The position numbers and the translations under genes are program-made. Below are positions 15,036 through 28,996 of a stretch of 64,000 nucleotides of DNA, piece after piece. The notes beneath the pieces are model-generated. The model saw only the letters and a program-made list of their open reading frames with translations. It did not search any database and was not told the origin of the DNA. The number at the start of each line of letters is the position of its first letter. Positions within the stretch are counted from its first letter, which is position 1. This DNA is from Rhizophagus irregularis. Its lineage: Eukaryota. Location: positions 4,650,001 to 4,714,000 of the forward strand of contig NC_089429.1 of NCBI RefSeq assembly GCF_026210795.1, in the 5' to 3' direction.

Positions 15036-15399
15036 GATTTGCAGTTCACGAAGAGAGGAATTTAAAAAAGGTTAAAGTACTATAGACCTTAAAAGTTTAC
15101 CATGGTAGTAGTGTCGGGCGCAAGATTGTTTATTTATAATACGATTGTGATTTTCATTATGAAAAGCTAGTATATTATCGAAAAATTTAAGCTATATTAT
15201 AATCACTTTATAATCAATCTATAAGAAGCCTAAATTGTAATAAAGATTAAGCAACATAAAAGTTTTATGTCGACATCAGTATAGATTAATTTAATTATTA
15301 ACTAGAGTAACTTGGTAATTATTAGTGAGTTATAATCATTATACTGTCAGATTGACTCGAAAATTTTGGGTCGGGTCATCAAACGTTTTTATAATTAAA

Positions 15400-16895
15400 T
15401 ATAAAAAAAATTGATTTTTTTATTAAAAACGTCAGACTTGACGTTTTTGTAATTAAAAAAACAAAAAAATGACTTTTTTAGTTAAAAAACGTCAGGCTTG
15501 ACGTTTTTGTAATTAAAAAATCAAAAAAATGACTTTTTTAGTAAAAAACGTCAGACTTGACGTTTTTGTAATTAAAAAATCAAAAAAAAAATGACTTTTT
15601 CAGTTAAAAAACGTCAGACTTGACGTTTTTGTAATTAAAAAATCAAAAAAAATGACTTTTTCAGTTAAAAAACGTCAGACATGACATTTTTGTAATTAAA
15701 AAATCAAAAAAATGACTTTTTCAGTTAAAAAACGTCAGACTTGACGTTTTTGTAATTAAAAAATCAAAAAAATGACTTTTTTAGTTAAAAAACGTCAGAC
15801 TTGACGTTTTTGTAATTAAAAAATCAAAAAAATGACTTTTTTAGTTAAAAAACGTCAGACTTGACGTTTTTGTAATTAAAAAATCAAAAAAATGACTTTT
15901 TTAGTTAAAAAACGTCAGACTTGACGTTTTTGTAATTAAAAAATCAAAAAAATGACTTTTTTAGTTAAAAAACGTCAGACTTGATGTTTTTTAATTAAAA
16001 AATAAAAAAAAATGATTTTTTTAGTTAAAAAACGTCAGACATGACATTTTTGTGATTAAAAATAAAAAAAAATGATTTTTTAATTAAAAACGTCAGATTT
16101 GACATTTTTATGATTCAAAAAATTATTTTTTACGTTATATTTGACAATTTTGTAATTAAAAATCAAAAAAATTGATTTTTTTAGTTAAAAACGTCAGACT
16201 CGACGTTTTTGTAATTAAAAAATCAAAAAAATGATTTTTTTATTAAAAACGTCAGACTTGACGTTTTTGTGATTAAAAATCAAAAAAAAATATTGGTTTT
16301 TTTTAATTAAAAATGTCAGACTTGATGTTTTTGTGATTAAAAATCAAAAAAATATTGATTTTTAATTAAAAACGTCAGACTTGGCAGTTGGCATTTTGTA
16401 ATTAAAAATCAAAAAAATATTGTTTTTTTTAATTAAAAACGTCAGCCTTGACGTTTTTGTAATTAAAAAATCAAAAAAAATGATTTTTTTGATTAAAAAT
16501 GTCAGACTTGATGTTTTTGTAATTAAAAAATCAAAAAAAAAAATGATTTTTTTGATTAAAAACGTTAGACTTGATGTTATTGTAATTAAAAAATCAAAAA
16601 AATGATTTTTTTGATTAAAAACATCAGACTTGACGTTTTTGTTATTAAAAAATCAAAAAAATGATTTTTTTAATTAAAAAATGTCAGACTTGACATTTTT
16701 GTGATTAAAAAATAAAAATTAAAAAAATATTGGTTTTTGTTTAATTAAAAACGTCAGACTTGACGTTTTTGTAATTAAAAAATCAAAAAAAATGATTTTT
16801 TTAATTAAAAACGTCAGACTTGACATTTTTGTGATTAAAAATCAAAAAAATATTGGTTTTTTTTAATTAAAAATGTCAGTCTTGACATTTTTTGT
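15400..16895. repeat. Tandem array of about 25 palindromic ~60-bp units
   Basis: Repeated core AAAAACGTCA-GACT-TGACGTTTTT with A/T-run linkers of variable length. Confidence 0.95.
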
Positions 16896-17211
16896 TAAAA
16901 TAATAAAAAATGAAGAAAAAACGTTTTTGTGTTATTTTTTTTATAATTTTATATGGAAAAATGCTAAAACGTTTTTTTCTTAATAGTAATGCAAAAAAAA
17001 AAGTTTTTGGCATTTTTTTTAATAATATTATATGAAAAAACGCTGAAACATTTTTTTTACAATTTTTTTATTTTTTTGCAATATTTTATGAAATTTTAAT
17101 GATCAACAAAAAAATGAAATTATGCAAATATTGAATGATGCAACAATTTAACAGGGACTTTTAGTGGCACAGGAAGAGTTTTTGCGAAAAGTTGGCATTA
17201 GAAGTTTTTTT

Positions 17212-17299
17212 CATTGTCATTGTCATTGTCATTGACATTGACATTGACATTGACATTGACATTGACATTGTCACTGACATTGACATTGTCATTGACATT
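17212..17299. repeat. (CATTGA/CATTGT)n hexanucleotide microsatellite
   Basis: Directly visible tandem hexamers. Confidence 0.95.
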
Positions 17300-17726
17300 T
17301 ACATAAAGTTATATAAGATTAATCTGAGAGTTTTTTACCAAAAAGGAAATTTTTTTATAAAAAGGGAAATGATTTTCAATTTCGAGGCAATTCAGCAGGT
17401 GTTTTAATAACAAATTGAGAAATGATTTCCATAGAAAATCTCGTGACAAAATTTATAATAAATTTAAAATAAATGATCAACAAATGATCAACAAAATCGT
17501 TACTAGTTTTATAAAAAACGCCCAATAATATCTTTTTATTGTTTTAATTTATGCCGATACTAATAAAAAATAATAAAAGCTACATAGAATAATTTATAAT
17601 CACAAAAATCTGATATAAAAATATTTCCTCATCGGTATTATGTTATACCGATGATTTTTTTTGTAAATTATTCCACCGGTATAAAATCCATCGGTGTGTA
17701 TATACGCCATACACAATGAGATAATT

Positions 17727-18158
17727 AAAGTTATTTCTTCCTAAAAACAAATAATAAAATCGGTTCAAATCTTTTATCGGTAGATCTTAATAAAACAAAT
17801 ATATATAATACACACCCCAGATGTTACGTTCGCTTGGGCAAATAAAACATTTTTTTCTTGACCTTTAAAAAATGATATTCCGTCATCTTTCAAATCAATT
17901 GCCTATAAGAAAAAATCTTTTTAAAATAAATAAATAAATAAATAAATAAAAATTAAGATTTCAATATGTATAATAATATTTACCACCACATTTGCTCTTA
18001 ATCTTTATATTAAAAAAAGTTCCGTTTTAAATTAAATATTTTTTTTTTTTTTGAGGTAATGGATTATGATTATCGGCAGCTCAAGAATTATTAAGTCAAT
18101 CAATTACAAATAATATTTACCCCCCAGTAACGATAAATGTATTCCCCTTAAGTTGCAT
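17727..18158 (-). pseudogene. SDR copy 2: 5' exons only, with an internal micro-inversion
   Basis: [13 protein letters not shown] exon and following exons match the paralogues; homology stops near 17727; about 18007-18095 is inverted. Confidence 0.75.
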
Positions 18159-19149
18159 GATTTGAAGTATAGAGAGTATCGGACGCTAATAATCGGCGTT
18201 TTAATTATATAAGATTAGAAGTCGAATCAAGCCTTGGTTTATTTATTTATTTTTTTGGAATATATGAAATGCTAGACTGGACAGAAGTTTAAAGATGGAA
18301 TACATATTGCTTGACGTTAAACGTCATATCATTTGACTCTGGAGTACAAAGTACGGTTGTTAACATCATGTACCGACAAAAAAAAAAGATGTGATTTAAA
18401 GGAGATATTTAAAAAATATTACAAATGTTGAAACAATATTATAAGATCATGTTCAATAAAAAAAAAACAAAACAGAAAACTTAAAAATGATAATTACTAG
18501 ATATTCCGATATAACAGGAACTACTATATATAATTCCTTAACTCCTTTAAGTAATACTAATGGGGAGAATTATGTTTTTAAGGCTAAGAAATTATTAGAG
18601 GAGCCATAAGATCGTTTATGGTTAAAGAAAATTTGGCCAAATTTCAAAATTATTGAAAAAGATGAACAATACTAAAAAAATCATACTACATCATAATACA
18701 GGATGAATAAAAGTGTTGATGAGCCTAATAAATCGCTCTTATGTATAGGATATTATAAAAATAATTAAGAATAAAAAGCTAATTACAGGAAATCAAGTCT
18801 ATAAGATTGCAAATTATTTTAAATATTAACAAAAATAATCAATTTATTTAGCAATAAAATAGGAAAAAGAAATAAATTTTATTATTTATAAAATGACTGT
18901 AGCAATAAAAAAATAGCAAAATTTAGTAACATAATAATCTATTATTATGAATAATAGAATAATAGTGTATAAAATGAATTTTTAACATTTTTTACCAACG
19001 AAAAAAATAAATATGATTTCGCACTATCGAAACATAATTACCGAGAAAAATCATCTGTGCAGATCACGTGTAGCCTGGAAACAAATCTGACGTTGTTTTG
19101 GACGTTTACCGTACAATGATTTATTTTTCGTGCTTTTACAACTTTAAGA

Positions 19150-19203
19150 TTAGGGTTAGGGTTAGGGTTAGGGTTAGGGTTAGGGTTAGGGTTATGGTTA
19201 TGG
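19150..19203 (+). repeat. Interstitial telomere-type repeat (TTAGGG)7(TTATGG)2
   Basis: Directly visible; ordinary sequence on both sides. Confidence 0.95.
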
Positions 19204-19336
19204 TTGTATTAGAATGTATAATTTGTTTGGGTACATATATTTATAATTTACCAAGTGCAAAATCAACAAAATAATATTGGTACTGTAAGATAGTAAGTAC
19301 ATATTGAAATTTAATAAAAATAATATATAGTAGATT

Positions 19337-19470
19337 ATAAAATAAAAATAACTTAATAAATAAAATAACTTAATAAATAAAAATAACTTAATAAATAAAA
19401 ATAACTTAATAAATAAAAATAACTTAATAAATAAAAATAACAATAAATAAGAATAACTTAATAAATAAAT
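19337..19470. repeat. ~18-bp AT-rich minisatellite just downstream of SDR copy 3
   Basis: Repeated AATAAATAAAAATAACTT units. Confidence 0.85.
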
Positions 19471-20815
19471 TTATAATTTTCCTAATTTAATACCAGCGTC
19501 AATTCTGATGATTTCACCATTCATATAAGTATTCTCAATTAAATGAATAACTAGCTTATTAAATTCACCATCTGCTTTACCAAATCTACCAGGGTACTCA
19601 ATTTGATTTATCAATGTTTGGGTTAATCTTTCATCTGCAGCAGCTGATACCATTGGAGTATCTAAAAAATTTCAAAATGATAAATATTACTTTAATCAAT
19701 ATTAAACATAATTATTAAACAAAATAATGTATAATGCTATAAATACCAAAAAATCCGGGAGCAATAGTAACAGCTCTAATACCAAATTTAGATAAATCTC
19801 TCGTCATAGGTAAAGTCATTGAGGCCACACCACCTTTAGATGCGGAGTATGAAATATAGCCTACTTGTCCATCTTGATAAGCGATTGATGATATATTTAT
19901 TATTACACCTCTTTCTCCTAATTGAAAAATTAATCATAATATATTAGTCATATATTGGCCGAAATATTTTATAAATAATAAAAGAAACATTACCTTCTTC
20001 TAATGGTTTTTGCTTAACCATTTGTGCAGCTACTAACCTACATACGTTAAAAGTTCCAACCTAAATAATAAAAATATGTGTGTGTGAATCATTTCTATTT
20101 AATTATTTGATTAAAATTTTATATTTACCAAATTAACGTTAATAGTAAATTTAAATGATTCTAAATCTAATGGCTTTCCGTTTTGATCAACGATCTATTA
20201 TTATTCGATTAAAAATAATTTCAATTAAAAGTTTCATAACAAAAAACACAAATAACTGAATGTAAAAACATACCTTCCCTGCTATAAATATACCACCGCA
20301 ATTTACAACTCCACGAATATTTTCCCCAAATTTATCAATTGCTTGTTGAATGGCTTTAGATATTTCTTCCTAAAAGCAAAGAAAAATTAAAATCGGTTCA
20401 AATCTTTTTTAGTAAAAAAAATGTTTTTTTTTTCATTAAAAATTGGAAAAAATTTTAATACATACTTCAGATGTTACGTTCGCTTGAACAAATAAAACAT
20501 TTTTTTCTTGACCTTCAAAAAATGATTTTCCGTCATCTTTCAAATCGATTACCTATAAAAAAAAAATTTTTTTTTTAAAAATAAATAAATAAATAAATAA
20601 ATAATAAAAAAAATCCTATTATATACTATAATAATATTTACCACCACATTTGCTTCTAATCTTAATAATTCTCGAGCTGCCGATAATCCTAATCCACTTC
20701 CTCTAAAAAAAAAAATTTAATTTAAAAACAGTACTTTTTTCTTACTAATATAGTCATTTAATTACAATAATATTTACCCTCCAGTAACAATAAATGTATT
20801 CCCTTTAATTTGCAT
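19471..20815 (-). CDS. Short-chain dehydrogenase, 3-hydroxyacyl-CoA dehydrogenase type 2 (HSD17B10-like), copy 3
   Basis: Spliced [58 protein letters not shown] and [14 protein letters not shown]; no lesion noticed. Confidence 0.85.
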
Positions 20816-20893
20816 GACTTGCAGAATAGAGAGAGTTGAACGCTAATAATCGACTATTTTAAATATGCTGATCATTGATTTAACTGTATAAAT

Positions 20894-21915
20894 TCGCAGT
20901 AGTATGCTTTTTCGCGGTAGCCTTCCTTATTTATTCACTTTTTCGCTCAATTAGTAAGTGATCCACTGATCTTCATGCAGATTTTCATCTTTTTGGGAAT
21001 GCACCATGTGAATTTCGTAGTTTATAGCTAAAAAAAAATAAAAAAATCATTGCTATTGCTATTCCTATAGCTATAGAAATTGCTTCTTTTGTCATCATTA
21101 GAATAAAATCACAAATTATTCACTTCTGTGCCACTTTTAATGCATTTTTAATTGTACCATCAAAAAAAAAGTTTTTGTAAATAAAAAAAATTTAATTTCC
21201 GTTGATCAATAAAAAATTTCATTGATCAACGAGAAGACCATTTTTCAATAAAGATGATTACATATCAGTTCAGATTATTATTAAAAAAAATATTTCATTT
21301 TATTTATTACATTACGCATTATTTATTTATTCAAAAAAATAAATATATTATTAATAATTTATGCCATTTATTATTTATTTATTAAAAAAAACTTTTTATA
21401 TATTTAATGATGTATGATATATCTACAAGATTTATTTTTTAAAGGATGGCCTTTTTTTTGGGATGGCCTTTCTTTTTAAATAAAAAAAAGAAATTTGAGA
21501 AATTTCTTGGTACAAAATTTTATTGTTTATTTAATTAATTAAAAAAAAATTGGTTTGGTAAAATTTACAACCCAATCAAAAAAAGGAAAAATTTGAAAAA
21601 AAAAATAGTTCAGTAAAATACAGCCAACCAAAAAAGATAATATTATTTGTAAGCTATAATTATATTAATAAAATATCAGATATAATATAAAAAATGCAAT
21701 TTTATATTTAAAATTCATATTTATATATGCTTATTTTTTGTTTTCTTATTTTTTTATTAATAGAATTAAAAAAGATAATTTTTTTACAAACCAAGTTACA
21801 TACCTTTAAACAGTATTACATCCAAAAAATATTTACATTTATTAAAGAGAAATCCTTTTAGTCATACAAAAAAATCACTTAGGGGGACGAAGTCCCCACA
21901 AATCGCAACTTCTAG
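20894..21915 (+). mobile_element. Non-autonomous Helitron-like element
   Basis: Absent from the paralogous site near 25735-25760 (TATAAA|TTAATTATTAAATTAG). Begins (T)TC, ends with hairpin GGGGAC-GAA-GTCCCC then CTAG at 21912-21915; no TSD. Confidence 0.8.
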
Positions 21916-23208
21916 TTAATTATTAAATTAGAAGTCGAAATCCATTTTTTTTTTGGAATAGAGAAATAAACATAGTGTTACACAGTAAAATGTCGTGCAG
22001 CAATCACATGGTATAACCGGACCCGTGATGTAGCATATATAAGATATATAACATATGTAGCATATATTTAATAAGTTAATATGTGCCATATGTTAAACAT
22101 TTTTAGTTTGGAATTTTATGTATATATAGACCTGTAATAAAGAGCATTTAGGATAAGAACGTGTGTGAAGAATTTAATTAATAAAAAGTTTCAGTTATCT
22201 TTTAATATACACCTTAATTTTAAGTTTAGTTTTATATGGTTAATCTGCTTTCCTTTATTTGTGTCTGATTGTATGCGCCAGTATGAAGCGATACTCTATT
22301 CACATCTGATTGGATTGATTTTAACATATACGTTGATCTTTAAAATTAACCTTCTGCTTTATTATAAATAAACATTTTTTAATGTATAGCTTATTTTTAA
22401 GCATACAAGAACTGATAGTAACATCACATGGCATACCGCGTGACTATAATAAATTTTAAAAACCCTGATTTGGATTTCAGTTAATTATAAATTTTTTACT
22501 AAAAAGTTATGTTATAAAATGCTGCCAAAATTATAAATTCATTACTTTATATAATAAATTACACATAAACCAAATGAATTATGGCATTCCAAATTATATA
22601 ATTATGGCATTATAAATAATTTTGGTCACATGTATAAACAACAAAAATAAAGATTTGTGAGATGAAATTTAAAGAAGATATTTAAAAAATGCTGAAACAA
22701 TATTACAAGATGATAATTTGGTATTCCGATACTATTAACAGACTATATAATTTTAAGTAAATACCAATGAACTTTATGAAAGAGAATTATGTTTTAAGAC
22801 TAAGAATTATTAGAGAAATCATGCATGTAATAAGCCATAAGATCATCTATGGGTAAAGAAAGTCTGACCAAATTATTGGAAAAGATGGATGATGATATTT
22901 TACAACACTAAAAAAAATTATCATTTAGTGAACATACATATATGAAAATATCAGTATGTCAAAAACAGCATGATCCTATTAAATACATATATAATAAAAG
23001 TATTGTTATTTATAAGATGTCTAATATGGAAGTCTTGAGCTTATTTATCAGAGGCACAAATTTAATTGGTGAAAAATCACGTGATGGACAGAAACACCCG
23101 TGACTTTAAATTTTAACTTTGCGTAGGAATAAAAATAGCAAAAGTATTAGGTAAAATGCAGTACCATAATAATTTATTATTATGAATAAAATAATAGTTT
23201 ATAATATG

Positions 23209-23374
23209 CAGTTCACCCTTACTATAGTGAATCCCATGGAGATTAAAATTCGTTAGTGAGAAATTCACTATATTGAGGGTCGGTCATTTTATTATAAATA
23301 AAAAAAAATTTGCACCTGAACTTTTCTTAATTATAGCAATTTAAAAGTTAGCTAGCTATAAAGAGGGTGAACTG
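23209..23374. mobile_element. Tc1/mariner(pogo)-type MITE
   Basis: TIRs CAGTTCACCCT ... AGGGTGAACTG, TA on the right flank. Confidence 0.7.
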
Positions 23375-24104
23375 TAATAAGAATTTTTTTTCGGTATACA
23401 TATAAATTGGAAAACTAGATACATTTAGAATTTATGCTAAATTTTTGTCGAGTTTAGGTGTTACGCACCATACAATATGTGGTTTCGCGAGAATAATCAC
23501 CCGATCATTCAAGATGAAATTACTGGAAAGAACAGGTGAGAAGGGAGAACTGTGAAAAATATTACTATGTTTATTTTATATAAGAAGTACAAAGTCACGT
23601 TACGAAAATTTTTTGGCGGTGTTCTTTGGGGTAGTTGCAACAAACCTGGTTACCATTTTCATAATGATGTTGGTAACGGTGTTACTCTTTTTTTAGTTAT
23701 CCATAAGGAACGTAAATCCCGAAACATTATTATTTTGTATATGCTTTGTGTATTAATCATACATGTTATCGATAACACGTTACGATTATGATTGAGACTT
23801 TATTTAGTCCCTTCGAGCGGCAAGCCTTCCAATTCCAGTCCTTTCCAATATTTCAAATGCATCATCACTGCCCGTTAGTCTAGCATCCCAAAATTTCTTT
23901 GTGGGATACACCGTTTACAGTGATTTTTAGTTTTTATTTTATGGATGATACCCTGCAGGCGCATACTATTTTTCGTGCTTTTAACGATATTATAACGTAT
24001 AATAATTTGTTTGAATACATATATTTATAATTTATCAAATACAAAATCAACAAATATTGGTAGTTTAATAAAATAATATATAGATAATATATAGATAATA
24101 AATA

Positions 24105-24253
24105 ATGAATTTTTCTAACTATCACCGGGGTGATGATCACCTGTGACTGAAATTATTACAATCGACCAGCATTAAAAAAATATAGTGCCGGTAAAAATTG
24201 ATAATTCTGGCCAACGGTGATGATCACCCCCGGTGATTTGAAGTAAAAACCAT
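24105..24253. mobile_element. Small foldback/MITE insertion downstream of SDR copy 4
   Basis: Inverted repeats ATCACCGGGGTGAT ... ATCACCCCCGGTGAT; absent at the paralogous site near 27680. Confidence 0.65.
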
Positions 24254-24282
24254 AAATAATAATAACTTAATAATAAATAAAT

Positions 24283-25624
24283 TTATAATTTTCCTAATTT
24301 AGTACCAGCATCAATTCTAATGATTTCACCATTCATATAAGTATTCTCAATTAAATGAATAACTAGCTTATTAAATTCACCATCTGGTTTACCAAATCTA
24401 CCAGGGTACTCAATTTGATTTATCAATTTTTGGGTTACTTTTTCATCTGTAGCAGCTGCTGATGACAATGGAGTATCTAAAAATTTCAAAATGATAAATA
24501 TTACTTTACTCAATATTAAACATGATATTAAACAAAATAATGTGTAATGCTTTAAATACCAAAAAATCCGGGAGCAATAGTAACGGCTCTAATACCAAAT
24601 CTAGATAAATCTCTCGTCATAGGTAAAGTCATTGAGGCCACACCACCTTTAGATGCGGAGTATGAAATAATGCCTGCTTGTCCATCTTGATAAGCGATTG
24701 ATGATATATTTATTATTACGCCTCTTTCTCCTAATTGAAATATTAATCATAATATACTATTAGTCATATATTAGCTGAAAATATTTAATAAATAAAAGAA
24801 ACATTACCTTCTTCTAATGGTTTTTGTTTAATCATTTGTGCAGCTACTAACCTACATACGTTAAAAGTTCCAACCTAAATAATAAAAAATGTGTGTGTGT
24901 GAATCATTTCTATTTAATTATTTGATTAAAAATTTGTATTTACCAAATTAACGTTAATAGTAAATTTAAATGATTCTAAATCTAATGGCTTTCCATTTTG
25001 ATCAACGATCTATTATTATTCGATTAACAATAATTTCAATTAAAAGTTTCATAACAAAAAACACAAATAACTGAATGTAAAAACATACCTTCCCTGCTGT
25101 AAATATACCACCGCAATTTACAACTCCACGAATATTTTCCCCAAATTTATCAATTGCTTGTTGAATGGCTTTAGATATTTCTTCCTAAAAGCAAAGAAAA
25201 ATTAAAATCGGTTCAAATCTTTTTTAATAAAAAAAAATATTTTTTTTTTTATTAAAAATTGGAAAAAAAATTTAGTACATACTTCAGATGTTACGTTCGC
25301 TTGAACAAATAAAACATTTTTTTCTTGGCCTTTAAAAAATGATTTTCCGTCATCTTTCAAATCGATTACCTATAAAAAAATTTTTTTTTAAAAAAAAATT
25401 AAATAAATAAATAATAAAAAATTCCCATTATATACTATAATAATATTTACCACCACATTTGCTTCTAATCTTAATAATTCTCGAGCTGCCGATAATCCTA
25501 ATCCACTTCCTCTAAAAAAAAAAAATTAATTTAAAAACAGTACTTTTTTCTTACTAATAAAGTCATTTAATTACAATAATATTTACCCTCCAGTAACAAT
25601 AAATGTATTCCCTTTAATTTGCAT
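24283..25624 (-). CDS. HSD17B10-like short-chain dehydrogenase, copy 4
   Basis: Same exons and motifs as copy 3 (TGGGSGLG, YSASK); apparently intact. Confidence 0.85.
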
Positions 25625-26826
25625 GACTTGCAGAATAGAGAGAGTTGAACGCCTAATAATCGACTATTTGTTTCTTTTTTTTTTTGTTTTTTAGGTTGTT
25701 AAATGTTTTATTATCATGCTGATCATTGATAAAACTGTATAAATTAATTATTAAATTAGAAGTTGAAATCAAGTCTTGGTGCATTTTTTTTGGAATAGAG
25801 AAATAAACATAGCATCACATTTATGGAAATGGCATACCGCGTGACTATAATAAATTTAAAAACCTGATTTAGATGATTATTTTCGGTTAATTATAAATTT
25901 TTTACTAAAAAGTTATGTTATACATGCTGCCAAAATTATAAATTCATTACTTTATATAATAAATTACACATAAACCAAATGAATTATGGCATTCCAAATT
26001 TATATAATTATGGCATTATAAAGTAATTTCGGTCACATGTATAAACAAAAAATAAGATTTGTGAGATGAGATTTAAGATATTTAAAAAATGCTGAAACAA
26101 TATTACAAGATGATAATTTGGTATTCCGATACTATTAACAGACTATATAATTTTAAGTAAATACCAATGAACTTTATGAAAGAGAATTATGTTTTAAGAC
26201 TAAGAATTATTAGAGAAATCATGTAATAAGCCATAAGATCATCTATGGGTAAAGAAATCTGACCAAATTATTGGAAAAGATGAATGATTATATTTTACAA
26301 CACTAAAAAAATTATCAAACAGCACCAAGAACCGGAAAAATTTGAATTATGATACAGTGTATTGAGAATAGTATTATGCTAAATTTGTAGTATAAATATT
26401 GGTTATTGGATAGGGACGTTAGAGCTACCTGTGTTATTACGCAGACTTCCGAGATCATGTTTATATATAAATAAACCAGTATTTAGTGAACATACATATA
26501 TAAAAATATCAGTATGTCAAAAACAGCATGATCCTATTGAATACATAATAAAAGTATTGTTATTTATGAGGTGTCTAATATGGAAGTCTTAAGCTTATTT
26601 AGTAAATTAAAAGTATATCCGTGATATAGATCAAAAAAATCAGAGGCACAAATTTTAATTGGTGAAAATCACGTGATGGACAGAAACACCCGTGACTTCA
26701 AATTTTAACTTTGCGTAGTACTTATAGCGTCCTTCGCTACTGTAGGAATAAAAATAGCAAAGTATTAGGTAAAATGCAGTACCGTAATAATTTATTATTA
26801 TGAATAAAATAATAGTTTATAATATG

Positions 26827-26970
26827 CAGTTCACCCTTACTATAGTGAATCCCATGGAGCGTTAGTGAGAAATTCAGGGTCGGTCATTTTATTATAAATA
26901 AAAAAAATTTTGCACCTGAACTTTTCTTAATTATAACAATTTAAAAATTAGCTATAAAGAGGGTGAACTG
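26827..26970. mobile_element. Tc1/mariner(pogo)-type MITE, duplicated together with its flanks
   Basis: Same TIRs and flanks as 23209-23374. Confidence 0.7.
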
Positions 26971-27705
26971 TACAATAAGAATTTTTTTTCGGTATACATA
27001 TAAATTGGAAAACTAGATACATTTAGAATTTATGCTAAATTTTGTCGAGCTTAGGTGTACGCACCATACAATATGTGATTTTGCGAAAATAATCATCCGA
27101 ATCACTCAAGGTAAAATTACTGGAAAGAACGGGTGAGAAGGGAGAACTGTGAAAAATATTATTATATTTACTATTTTATATTAGAAGTACAAAGTCACGT
27201 TACGAAATTTTTTGGTGGTGTACTTTGGGGTAGTTGCAACAAACCCGGTTACCATTGTTGGTAACGGTGTTACTCTTTTTTTAGTTATCCGAACCTCCTT
27301 ATTTTGTATAGTATGCTTTGTGTATTAATCATACACTGTTATCGATAACAAAAAATTACACGTTACGATTATGATTGAGACTTTATTTAGTCCCTTCGAG
27401 CGGCAAGCCTTCCAATTCCAATCCTTTCCAATATTTCAAATGCATCATCACTTCCCGTTAGTCTAACATCCCAAAATTTCTTTGTGGGATACACCGTTAC
27501 AGTGATTTTCAATTTTTATTTTATGGATGATCGATACCCTGCAGGCGCATATTTTTCGTGCTTTTAACGATATTATAATGTATAATTTGTTTGGATACAT
27601 ATATTTATAATTTATCAAATACAAAATCAACAAATATTGGTAGTTTTAATAACAATAATATATAGATAATATATAGATAATAAGTAATAATAACAATAAA
27701 TAAAT

Positions 27706-28996
27706 TTATAATTTTCCTAATTTAGTACCAGCATCAATTCTAATGATTTCACCATTCATATAAGTATTCTCAATTAAATGAATAACTAGCTTATTAAATT
27801 CACCATCTGCTTTACCAAATCTACCAGGGAACTCAATTTGATTTAACAATTTCTGGTATACTCTATCATTTGAATTATTTGTTGATGCCATTGGAGTTTC
27901 TAAAAAATTTCAAAATGATAAATAAATATTAAATATTAAATAAAATAGTACGCAATATTATAAATACCAAATAATCCGGGAGCAATAGCAACAACTCTAA
28001 TACCAAATCTAGATAAATCTCTCGTCATAGGTAAGGTCATCGAAGCCACACCACCTTTAGTTGCAGAATAAGTAACTTGTCCTACTTGACCATCTTGATA
28101 AGCGATTGATGATATATTTACTATTACACCTCTTTCTCCTGATTGAAATATTAATCATAATATATTAGTCACGTATTGGTTGAAATATTTTATAAATAAA
28201 AGATATATTACCTTCTTCTAATGGTTTTTGTTTAACCATTTGTGCGGCTACTAGCCTACATACGTTAAAAGTTCCGACCTAAATAATATAAATATATAAA
28301 TATGTGCGTGTGAATTATTTTAATTAAATTATTTGATTAAAAATTTGTATTTACCAGATTAACGTTAATACCAAATTTAAATGTATTCAAATCCAATGGT
28401 TTCCCATTTGAACCAATGATCTATTATTATTCGATTGAAAATAATTTCAATTAAAATTTCATGACAGATAACATAAATAACTGATTGTAAAAACATACTT
28501 TTCCTACTATAAATACACCACCACAATTTACAACTCCACGAATATTCTCCCCAAATTTTTCAACTGCTTGTTGAATAGCTTTAGATATTTCTTCCTGAAA
28601 ACAAAATAAATCGGTTCAAATCTTTTTGTCGGTAAATTTTAACAAAAAAAAATATATATTTAATACATACTTCAGATGTTACGTCCGCTTGAACAAATAA
28701 AACATTTTTTTCTTGACCTTTAAAAAATGATTTCCCGTCATTTTTCAAATCGATTACCTATCGAAAAAAAAAATTTTTTTTTTAAAAAAAAATAAAATTC
28801 CAATATATATATAATAATATTTACCACCACATTTGCTCCTAATCTCAATAATTCTTGAGCCGCAGATAATCCTAATCCACTTCCTCTAAAAAAAAATTTC
28901 AATTTAAAAACAGTATTTTTTTTAGTAATATAGTTCAATTAACTACAATAATATTTACCCTCCAGTAACAATAAATGTATTCCCTTTTATTTGCAT
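27706..28996 (-). CDS. HSD17B10-like short-chain dehydrogenase, copy 5
   Basis: [29 protein letters not shown]; apparently intact. Confidence 0.85.

Noticed and set aside
15400..16895. CRISPR-like appearance of regularly spaced palindromes
   Set aside because: Linkers are near-identical A/T runs rather than unique spacers; no cas genes; eukaryotic context.
16420..17407. ORFs 16420-16605 and 17192-17407
   Set aside because: Translations of satellite and microsatellite DNA.
19150..19203. True chromosome end
   Set aside because: Short tract with paralogue-matching sequence on both sides.
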